A program made the position numbers and the translations under genes. From an uncultured bacterium (GTDB taxonomy: Bacteria; Acidobacteriota; UBA6911; RPQK01; JADFOI01), in NCBI GenBank assembly GCA_965369785.1, contig CBDUTA010000001.1, forward strand, positions 4,779-68,778: 64,000 bases of DNA. Direction: 5' to 3'. Each line of letters begins with the position of its first letter. The first letter of the stretch is position 1. The notes under the pieces are model-generated. The model was not told where the DNA came from and did no database searches. It was given only the letters and a program-made list of their open reading frames with translations. Of the stretch, positions 56,765-64,000 are shown in pieces.

Positions 56765-58051
56765 TCAGAAATCAAAGCGAACCGACAAATAAATGTTGTC
56801 GTTTTTATCAAACTGTCCCAGAGACGTTGTATCCTTTTCTCCCCCAAAAAGGTTGCCTCCCAGTGCGCAGGTGAGCTTATCCGAAAACTTATAGGATATT
56901 TGAGGCTGGACCAGGTAGTCGCCCTCCGCGGGACTGTAAAAAGTGAACACCGACAACTTCCAGGTCTGATGACTTAGCAACTGCTCAAGCCGCAGCGTAA
57001 CAGTATCCCGATACTGTCTCTGAGAAGGAAAATCGAGAGGAAGGGCCTGGAGGTAAGCGCTGTAGTTCTTCATAATTTCCGCATAGTACTGGGTCCCCAA
57101 AATGAAGTCTTCCCAAAGCTGTCGCTGGTAGCCGAACAGGAAACGCAGCTGGGAGTTCGGTACCGTGGGATCGTTTCCAAATTTGTCGTCCCGGGAATGG
57201 TAGTAACCCGATTCGAAGCCCAGAATGCCTCCCAGCGCGCTTCCCTGGGCACTGAACCCATACACAGACAGCCTTGAATAGGAGTTTGTCACACTTATGG
57301 GGGCGACAAAGCTATCGGGCCTAATGCTCGGCGTTCGCCAGAAACCCCGGTAAGCGGAGACCGAGACATCGACTTCTCCGATATTTCGGTAGAGTCGCAA
57401 AGCGAGTTCAGTATTACCCAATGTCTTTGCGGGCAGCTGCTCATCTCGGACCGGCACTTCGGAAAAGGGATCAAACAGGAAGAAACGCTCTGGGGTTGGG
57501 AGATTATCCGGCTCGAAAACAGGTATCAGGAGCAATTCCAGGTTGAGCGCATTTGATGAGTAGAGGGTACGAAATCCGTCCACCCCAATCTTAAGGTACT
57601 CCAATGGTCTGCCCGAGAAGAAAGACACCCAATCCTTGGGGAAGACGTCGTTGATGAAGAGAAGATCACCCACTCCCCAAGTGGCAATTTGCCGTCCCAG
57701 GCGGAAGTCAAAATCACCTGCGGTGTAGTCCACGTACGCCTCGCGCAAATCGAGGTCGAACTCGCCAGCCACCGCGTCGTGAAAAAAGTCAACCTTGACC
57801 CGCGCGGACAACTCGACGGATTCCGACCAGGTGCTGATGTCCAGTCGCAACCGCTCTTCGGCAAGGAGAAATGCTTTACCTTCCGGTCCGCTCGGCCTTT
57901 GTCCGCTGGTACGGCCTGTGAAATTGCCCAGGAGGAAACCGTGCACCTCTGTGTTGTCGAAATTTTGGGCCCAGGCAGGCCGGGTGGCTATCGTGAGAAT
58001 AAGAGCCGTTAAAAGCAGGCAGGGAAGGAAAGCCATCTTTGGGCAAGACAT
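56765..58051 (-). CDS. putative outer-membrane beta-barrel protein (DUF1302/FadL-like class)
   Basis: A signal peptide, alternating amphipathic strands, a terminal ...RFDF, and aromatic-rich composition. Confidence 0.5.
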   Translation of the reverse strand: MSCPKMAFLPCLLLTALILTIATRPAWAQNFDNTEVHGFLLGNFTGRTSGQRPSGPEGKAFLLAEERLRLDISTWSESVELSARVKVDFFHDAVAGEFDLDLREAYVDYTAGDFDFRLGRQIATWGVGDLLFINDVFPKDWVSFFSGRPLEYLKIGVDGFRTLYSSNALNLELLLIPVFEPDNLPTPERFFLFDPFSEVPVRDEQLPAKTLGNTELALRLYRNIGEVDVSVSAYRGFWRTPSIRPDSFVAPISVTNSYSRLSVYGFSAQGSALGGILGFESGYYHSRDDKFGNDPTVPNSQLRFLFGYQRQLWEDFILGTQYYAEIMKNYSAYLQALPLDFPSQRQYRDTVTLRLEQLLSHQTWKLSVFTFYSPAEGDYLVQPQISYKFSDKLTCALGGNLFGGEKDTTSLGQFDKNDNIYLSVRFDF

Positions 58052-58054
58052 GGC

Positions 58055-58894
58055 TCACTCAATCCAGGACCGGGGCGGCCTTCGCATACGACGCTCGCTG
58101 AAATCCTTATCCTCGAGGCCCAAGTTGTAAGTGACCGAGCCGTAGGTGACCTCGGTCCGGTGTCCGCTTTTCACGTTCTTCATGGTGCGCTTCACTACGG
58201 TCGGGAATGTCTTGCTGCTATCGCCTTCCACCTCGGCGATGTTCTTGATTTCGTCGGCCGTGAAGACCCGATAGAGCTCCTTCTGGGCGTCGTAGTATTC
58301 TTCCTTGAGCGGAAGGAAGTTTTCTTTGTCAATCCAGGAAAGCTGCTTCGTGTAATTCGTGGTTGTCTTGGGGATGCTTTCGATCACATAGCAATCCCTG
58401 TCCAGGAACTGTTCCTCAGGCAGGAGGCTGTGTGAGTCCGAGTCCACATCTCGCCCCGATATGTCCTCATAGGTGAAATCTGACCCTACGAAACTGGATC
58501 GTTTGTCATCGGACGCGATGCGTCGGATCAGGTCCAGGGCGGGAATGTAGATCCATCGGGTGTCCTCCTTTTGCGGGTATTTCCAGACCATGAACGTCAT
58601 GCGGCGAACGTCGCCGGGCTCATGAAAATAGATAAAGTACTTCTGGTTCTCCCCTTCATCCTGGTCACGCCGAAGCATGGTCATGACGCGCCTTCTCTTT
58701 CCGCCGTCTTGATTGATGAGCTCCATGGTCATTCTGGCCTTCATGTCCTCGCCCTGGTAGTAGAACGCCAGTCGTGATTTTTCGATAATCTCAGCAGCCG
58801 TGAGGAGCTTGTCCTGGTTCAGTGACTCTTGAGTCAAAGCTAAAGAAAACCCCAAAAACGCACATACCACTGCAATGCCCGCTGTCCGTTTCAT
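58055..58894 (-). CDS. LolA-like outer-membrane lipoprotein-sorting family protein
   Basis: A signal peptide. 279 aa with the fold-family composition seen next to MMPL/RND exporters. Its start overlaps the RND stop (ATGA). Confidence 0.5.
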   Translation of the reverse strand: MKRTAGIAVVCAFLGFSLALTQESLNQDKLLTAAEIIEKSRLAFYYQGEDMKARMTMELINQDGGKRRRVMTMLRRDQDEGENQKYFIYFHEPGDVRRMTFMVWKYPQKEDTRWIYIPALDLIRRIASDDKRSSFVGSDFTYEDISGRDVDSDSHSLLPEEQFLDRDCYVIESIPKTTTNYTKQLSWIDKENFLPLKEEYYDAQKELYRVFTADEIKNIAEVEGDSSKTFPTVVKRTMKNVKSGHRTEVTYGSVTYNLGLEDKDFSERRMRRPPRSWIE

Positions 58895-61209
58895 CTATCA
58901 CCTCCGCGAAGGATGTGCGCTCCTGCGATACGCAGGGCCGCTGGCAGAATACATAAAGTTGCTAGGGTGCTACAGAACATGAGCAGGGCGAAAAACAAGC
59001 CCACAGTGACGTACGGAGTCAAGGATGAGGCAACGAGAGGCAGAAATCCAAGGGATATCACAATGGCATTGCGCCCGATCGCCCTCCCGGGTTCACCGAA
59101 CATGTAGCGGTTGGTCTCTTCCAGATCGCCGCTTTCTCGGTAATGCTCCCGAAATCGCTGCAGGAAATGGATAGCAAAATCGATACCCAGTCCCAAGGCG
59201 AGCGAGGAGCACACTGCGATCGGCATGTCGTAGTCCTTTCCCATCCAGCCTATGAGCCCGTAAGAAAGGAGGATTGCCAGGGAAAGGGGTACCATGGAGA
59301 GCCCGCCCAGGATGAAGGAACGAAACTCCACCAGCATGAGAACAAACACCACCACAAAACTTCCCAGGATGGCCTTGAGCATCCCAAAGACCATCAAATC
59401 CTGCCAAACCTTGTTGATGTAGGTGAGGCCGGACCATTGCAGCGTCAGTCCTTCCGGGGGCGAGTTTTGCGCAACAAAGTCAGCCAGCCGATCCTCCACA
59501 GCCTGCATTTGCTGGTTGTCACCACCCTTCATTTGAACCCAGATGTTGGCTTTTCGGGCCTCCCGGTCCAGGAAGTTGTCGAGATCTTCCGGGTCGCCCG
59601 AGGACTCAAAGAGAAAGAGGAACTGCCCGACGGCCTCTTGTGTTTCCGGTACCTTTTGGTACTGCAGGTCGCCATCGTGTAGCACCCGATTGATGCGCTT
59701 GACGATGTCCGCCAGTGAGGAGGTTTTGCCGACCAGCTGATCCTCCTCAAGATGAGACTGCAGTCGAGCAATGTACTCGACCGCCTGGGGTTGCTTCACC
59801 GCCTCAGGTTGGTCGCCTTCGACCACGATGTAGGCCATGTAGGTCCCACCAAAGAGACGGTTCATCACCGTATCCGCCACCCGCATGGGGTGATTGGCCT
59901 TAAACCACTTCACCGGGTTGTCGTTAATCTGTATCTGCGGCAAACCCCAGGCGCCCACGGCCACTAGCACTCCGCCCGCTAGTAAAACCGTCTTTGCTCG
60001 CGAAAACACGAAGCGCTCCAGAGGCCGAAGACAGCGATCCAGAAGTGATCTGGGTGCTGTCCCCTGCTCCGGAAGGATCTTTGCAAGTCGTTCATCGCTC
60101 ATCAGACTGATGAGGGCTGGAACCATGGTCATCGAGAAGAGCCATGCGGCCAGAACACCGAAGGCTACGAACAGGCCAAAAACGCGCACGGGGGGGATGT
60201 CAGCGAGTGCCAGGGAGGCAAAACCTACGGCCGAAGTCAGCGATGTAAAAAGCATCGGCCGGTACAAGGGTCGCATCCCTTCCAGAAGTGCGCGGCGTTT
60301 CTCTCCTATCACGCGATAGCGGTCGAAGAACTCACTCAGCACGTGGACATCGTCCAAGACGGCGATAGGCATAAGAAAGACCGGAATCATGGAACTCATA
60401 ATGTGGACCGTGTGACCCGTTCCAATGAGCAGGCCCATGGCCCAGATCACCGCAAACATGGCGTCCATCCCAACGGGTAGGAGAAAGGCTGTCATACGAA
60501 AAAGCAGGAACAACAGGATCATGATCGCAATGAAAGCCAGGGGCGCAACCAGGGCCATCTGGAGAAACATCTCGTGGCCGAAGGTGTCCTCTGCAACAGG
60601 CAGCCCGGCCAGGTGATAGGTCTGGTCTGGAAGGAGTTCACGCTGGAGTATTTCTTCGATCTCTCCGGCGATCCGGTAGCTCATATCCTTCTGCTGGATT
60701 GGAATGTACAGGGCAACCGCCGTGCCGTCAGCCGAGGCGATCTTGTCATGAAGGAACGGGTTGTCGGCGATATCGCGCTGAAGTTCAGCAATGGCCTCCG
60801 GCGTCCTCGGCACTTCCCGCATCACGGGGTGAATATCGAGCAACCCTCCTAAAGATTTCACGTTATTCGTGGTGGTGAGGCTCACCACGTCCGGGATGAT
60901 GACACCCTGAACCTTGAGGATCTCTTCAGTGGCCCGTGCCACCCGCTCCAGGGATTCGGTCCGGAAGATACCCCTCTCATCGACAATCCCTACCACGATG
61001 AGGTCGTTGATACCAAACTCCTTCTTGAGGCGGTCATAAAGCACACGGTCGGGCTGATCCAGCTCCAGCATGTTCTCCGGATCGGTATCAATTTTTATTC
61101 CTGGGAATTGAAGGCCGAACAGGACCGTCAGTAAAAGTACTGCGGCGATTACTGTTTTCGGGTAATCCAGGGAGAAGATGGTTAAGCGTTCAAGCGCGGA
61201 ACTTTTCAT
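58891..61209 (-). CDS. RND-superfamily exporter, MMPL/HpnN-like (12 TM, two periplasmic loops)
   Basis: 772 aa with two 6-TM bundles (SSD-like), each followed by a large loop, and RND motifs (GLGIDFAIHFL). Confidence 0.75.
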   Translation of the reverse strand: MKSSALERLTIFSLDYPKTVIAAVLLLTVLFGLQFPGIKIDTDPENMLELDQPDRVLYDRLKKEFGINDLIVVGIVDERGIFRTESLERVARATEEILKVQGVIIPDVVSLTTTNNVKSLGGLLDIHPVMREVPRTPEAIAELQRDIADNPFLHDKIASADGTAVALYIPIQQKDMSYRIAGEIEEILQRELLPDQTYHLAGLPVAEDTFGHEMFLQMALVAPLAFIAIMILLFLLFRMTAFLLPVGMDAMFAVIWAMGLLIGTGHTVHIMSSMIPVFLMPIAVLDDVHVLSEFFDRYRVIGEKRRALLEGMRPLYRPMLFTSLTSAVGFASLALADIPPVRVFGLFVAFGVLAAWLFSMTMVPALISLMSDERLAKILPEQGTAPRSLLDRCLRPLERFVFSRAKTVLLAGGVLVAVGAWGLPQIQINDNPVKWFKANHPMRVADTVMNRLFGGTYMAYIVVEGDQPEAVKQPQAVEYIARLQSHLEEDQLVGKTSSLADIVKRINRVLHDGDLQYQKVPETQEAVGQFLFLFESSGDPEDLDNFLDREARKANIWVQMKGGDNQQMQAVEDRLADFVAQNSPPEGLTLQWSGLTYINKVWQDLMVFGMLKAILGSFVVVFVLMLVEFRSFILGGLSMVPLSLAILLSYGLIGWMGKDYDMPIAVCSSLALGLGIDFAIHFLQRFREHYRESGDLEETNRYMFGEPGRAIGRNAIVISLGFLPLVASSLTPYVTVGLFFALLMFCSTLATLCILPAALRIAGAHILRGGDR

Positions 61210-61389
61210 GATCTGCTTCGCTTTATCTTATTGTCCAGCCAAATCGGATGGGGGCCGAAAGATTCTCCACGAAAAGAGAGCCGCCAGCCGCTTGCGACGG
61301 ATCCGCAAGGGGAGCTTCCGATTGGCGATCTCTGGGAAAATTTCATCTCCCTCCACCTGGCTGAGGAGTTTCTCTACAGGGGGCTGTAT

Positions 61390-61725
61390 TCAAAAATAGA
61401 CCACGGAAGGCCGCGACGTCAAGGTCAACGGGAGCAGAAGTTTGGCCAAGAGAATTTTGTTCTGATACAGGGAAGTCCAGGGCAAACCGGTGAGCGGAAT
61501 AAGCAGGATCCCGGTGAGGGCAGCAGTCAACGGGTAGACATAGCATCTGAGAGAATTCCCCTTGATGACATCCTCAAAGTAGCGGTCCACTGCGAAAGGG
61601 GCTTTGCCAAAGGCCGCCCTCTCGTTAACCACGATCAGGTTGTATAGCGGTGCCGCCATAAAGACAACCGCTAGAATGTGAAGAAATTTGAATACTTCGT
61701 ATCCCATCTCGGTGTCTCCTCCCAC
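61390..61725 (-). CDS. small membrane protein, unknown function
   Basis: 111 aa with three hydrophobic helices, co-oriented just upstream of the RND gene. Confidence 0.3.
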   Translation of the reverse strand: MGGDTEMGYEVFKFLHILAVVFMAAPLYNLIVVNERAAFGKAPFAVDRYFEDVIKGNSLRCYVYPLTAALTGILLIPLTGLPWTSLYQNKILLAKLLLPLTLTSRPSVVYF

Positions 61726-61787
61726 CCTGGCGATTCTGCTTTAGTGCCTCGTTTCACAAATACGGTGACGTTTGTGAAGTGAGGCAC

Positions 61788-62891
61788 TTAATGATTCCGG
61801 TTGCCGAAGCCGTGCATTCCGCCACACAGCTTGCAATAGGTGGGGGACTCGGTATTGTTCACCCAGTGCACGACTGGCTTGAGCATGCCGAGGTAAGCAA
61901 AAATGGCTTTCAGATCTTCGTCTGCCATATTCCCGTAGAAGGACCAGGGCATGATCGGCTTGAGTTCGCGGGCTCCCACCCACCCCGTGCGCATGACCTG
62001 AACAAAAAGCTCTTCATCATAGTAAGAGATACCCGACGGATCGGGCGTAATGTTGGGAGTTGTCACCTGGCCCCACGGTTCTACTAACAAGGCTCCGCCG
62101 GCGAACGCCAACCCGGGGATGGGCTGAGAGTCCTGGTCGAAGGCATTGTGGCACCCCATACAATCGCTCAGACCCACAAGATATGCGCCCCACTCGACTG
62201 AGTCGAAGTGATCCGGCGACGGCACCGGCTCAGTAATGGGTTCCGAGGCCTGAAGGCTCTGCCGGATTTCTTTCGGCAGCACGGTTACCGGCAGAGGGTT
62301 GCGTACGGCCGGAATCGAGCGCAGGTAAACAATAATAGAAGCCAGATCCTCGTCCGACAGCTTCCGGAACTGCCGATGCGGCATGCCCGGAAACAAGACA
62401 CGTCCGTCGTGACCCATACCCTGGCGGATGGCCTGGACCAGGATATCATCGCTCCAGTCACCGGCGCCCGTCTCCCGATCGGGCGTGATATTGGGTGATA
62501 CCAACAACTGTCCCCACAGCCCCAGCCACCCGCTCCGACGCTCTAGATCACTACGCTGAGGCAACCAGGGAAGCTCCTCATCGATCCAGATATGCCCTGC
62601 CCCTTTTCGTCCCTTCTGAGGTTGGCCTCCCGGCTGTGTCCAATCGATGTCCGAGTGGCACATGAAACAACGGGCGGGGCCTTCTACCAGATAGCGACCA
62701 CGTTCCAGACGCGCCTGCGTCCGCTCAAACGGGTGATCATTCTGGGCTGGACCCTGTCCAGTAGAAACCACACCAGAAGCATCATCTGCCGGACTCTCTG
62801 GCCGATCGAACCCACCTTGACAGCCCACAGTCAAGCCAGTGGTGACTGCCAATAGGATGAACCCGAGATTGCGATTCATGGCGTTGACCAT
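61788..62891 (-). CDS. diheme c-type cytochrome (probable lipoprotein)
   Basis: CFMCH and CMGCH motifs, each followed by NITPD. The start is set at MVNAMNRNLGFILLAVTTGLTVGC (a lipobox) so it does not overlap hemA; a GGGGTG Shine-Dalgarno. Confidence 0.6.
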   Translation of the reverse strand: MVNAMNRNLGFILLAVTTGLTVGCQGGFDRPESPADDASGVVSTGQGPAQNDHPFERTQARLERGRYLVEGPARCFMCHSDIDWTQPGGQPQKGRKGAGHIWIDEELPWLPQRSDLERRSGWLGLWGQLLVSPNITPDRETGAGDWSDDILVQAIRQGMGHDGRVLFPGMPHRQFRKLSDEDLASIIVYLRSIPAVRNPLPVTVLPKEIRQSLQASEPITEPVPSPDHFDSVEWGAYLVGLSDCMGCHNAFDQDSQPIPGLAFAGGALLVEPWGQVTTPNITPDPSGISYYDEELFVQVMRTGWVGARELKPIMPWSFYGNMADEDLKAIFAYLGMLKPVVHWVNNTESPTYCKLCGGMHGFGNRNH

Positions 62892-62923
62892 CGGTTCACA
62901 CCCCAAATTTTCTTCAAGGACCT

Positions 62924-64000
62924 TCAATGAGAGAGGAGCTGACTCATCGTGTTCTTTGCCCGTTGGGACGAGGACGCCCGGGGAACCTGTAGCCTGGGGA
63001 AAGCTCTTTTGGTGTTCATTTTTCTCCATAACGAATGGGCCGATCGCCTGATGAGCTTTTCGGCCTTCTTCGCCTCCTCGATACGAACGGAGTGATGGGC
63101 TGCGGTGATGCTTTGCACCTCGTCAACATCAAAAAGAAACACAGATTCCAATCGGGCGACATCGGGATCCACATTCCGGGGTACCGACATGTCCAACAGA
63201 AGAATAGGCCGATTCCGCCGCAACTTCATCATCTCGTTCATTTCTTCACAAGTGAGCAAAGGATGAGGAGACTGAGTGGCAAAGGTCACAACATCTACAT
63301 CACTCAGCAGGGATTTCCACTGGTCGAAATCGATGGTCTGCCCACCCAGTTTGGCACTAAGGACCTCGGCTCTGGCTCGAGTCCGGTTAGAAATCGTCAA
63401 GTCGATCCCTCGCTTGAAGAAGTGTTTTGCCACCGTTGCTCCAATCTGCCCTGCACCCACGACCAGCAACTTGTGTCCTTCAAGCTCACCCAGGATCTTT
63501 TCTGCTAAAGCGGCAGCACAACTACCTGTGGACACCGGTAAAAGAGCAATGTCTGTTTCGGTTCGCACTTTCTTGGCCACTTGAAAGGATTTTTGAAAGA
63601 AAGTGTTGAGCCACTTGGCTGTGGCGCCGTCCTGCCGAGCTCTCTCGTAACTTTCTTTCACTTGACCCAGTATGTGAGTCTCTCCAACCATCTGTGAATC
63701 CAGACTGCTGGCAACCCTGAACAGGTGCTCCAGGGCCCGACTGTCTCGATAGAGATAGAAACTGGAGCTCTCTATAGAAACTACTCCTGCGGCTGAACGG
63801 AGGAACTCTACGATCTTTTCTTGGGCAATAGCTTGTGGTGAAATCCCGTAAACTTCAAATCGATTGCAGGTACACAGCACGACGGCTTCCTTCACAAAAC
63901 CGCTGGCCAACAGCCGAGCCAGGACATTACCTTGTTCCTGAGGATGGAGTGAAAGCCGCTCCCTCAGGGCGATGCCAGCCGTACGGTGATTGGCACCGAG
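62924..64000 (-). CDS. hemA: glutamyl-tRNA reductase (HemA), 5' end beyond the window
   Basis: AVVLCTCNRFEVY (the catalytic Cys motif) and an NADPH Rossmann (LVVGAGQIGATVAKHF). The frame stays open upstream of the ORF-track TTG start to the window end (...LGANHRTAGIALRERL), so the true start lies outside. Confidence 0.85.
   Translation of the reverse strand, partial: LGANHRTAGIALRERLSLHPQEQGNVLARLLASGFVKEAVVLCTCNRFEVYGISPQAIAQEKIVEFLRSAAGVVSIESSSFYLYRDSRALEHLFRVASSLDSQMVGETHILGQVKESYERARQDGATAKWLNTFFQKSFQVAKKVRTETDIALLPVSTGSCAAALAEKILGELEGHKLLVVGAGQIGATVAKHFFKRGIDLTISNRTRARAEVLSAKLGGQTIDFDQWKSLLSDVDVVTFATQSPHPLLTCEEMNEMMKLRRNRPILLLDMSVPRNVDPDVARLESVFLFDVDEVQSITAAHHSVRIEEAKKAEKLIRRSAHSLWRKMNTKRAFPRLQVPRASSSQRAKNTMSQLLSH

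Noticed and set aside
1-64000. Looked for tRNA/rRNA/CRISPR signatures (GGTTCGAATCC-type T-loops, long direct repeats with unique spacers)
   Set aside because: None seen by eye. Intergenic regions are short, or are explained by hairpins and operator-like repeats. A tRNAscan/Infernal run would be needed to be certain.

Overview
This 64 kb window reads as bacterial chromosomal DNA from a diderm (Gram-negative-type) organism, with mid-to-high GC by eye. Supporting genes are an OprB porin, TolC, RND pumps, and an FtsH/Lon pair. It is gene dense on both strands, and I found no rRNA, tRNA or CRISPR array. I note four things.

(1) The left third (about 0.6-18.6 kb) looks like a stress or hypoxia gene set. 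It has three universal stress proteins (two of them tandem-domain), a Zn alcohol dehydrogenase, a class I aldolase, a PPi-type phosphofructokinase and a HAD hydrolase. It also has a phosphoribosyltransferase-domain protein, a small TRASH/YHS-like Cys protein, a CBS pair, a sugar-1-P nucleotidyltransferase, a CNNM transporter and a membrane methyltransferase. A NarL/HisKA_3 two-component pair sits here with a truncated receiver-only paralogue, and an F420 (Ddn-type) nitroreductase fragment lies at the window edge.

(2) Protein quality control and envelope genes: Lon, FtsH, an N-truncated HtrA, an OprB porin, MgtC/DUF4010, cytochrome c', and a few decayed genes (a frameshifted MOSC gene, a cysE 3' remnant).

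(3) The most striking part is a roughly 12 kb respiratory island at 36.6-48.7 kb, with two Rieske/cytochrome b operons. One ends in an HAO-family octaheme cytochrome c. The other ends in a 9-heme and an 18-heme NapC/NrfH-type cytochrome. They are separated by a tandem USP and a CbcL-like protein that fuses an 11-heme c domain to a HydC/FdnI-type cytochrome b. Next to them sit a monoheme cytochrome c and a hemerythrin-like protein. The four large proteins carry 46 CxxCH motifs between them.

(4) Downstream is a TolC-CusB-CusA heavy-metal efflux operon with two uncharacterised accessory genes and an upstream operator-like repeat array. After that come an RND(MMPL)/LolA-like/OM beta-barrel operon, a diheme cytochrome c, and the 5' part of hemA at the window edge.

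A short palindromic sequence motif recurs at both flanks of the HAO-like gene and in the lon leader. All calls rest on ORF translations and motif recognition by eye. No database search was run, and hand-counted coordinates of non-ORF features may be off by 1-2 nt.
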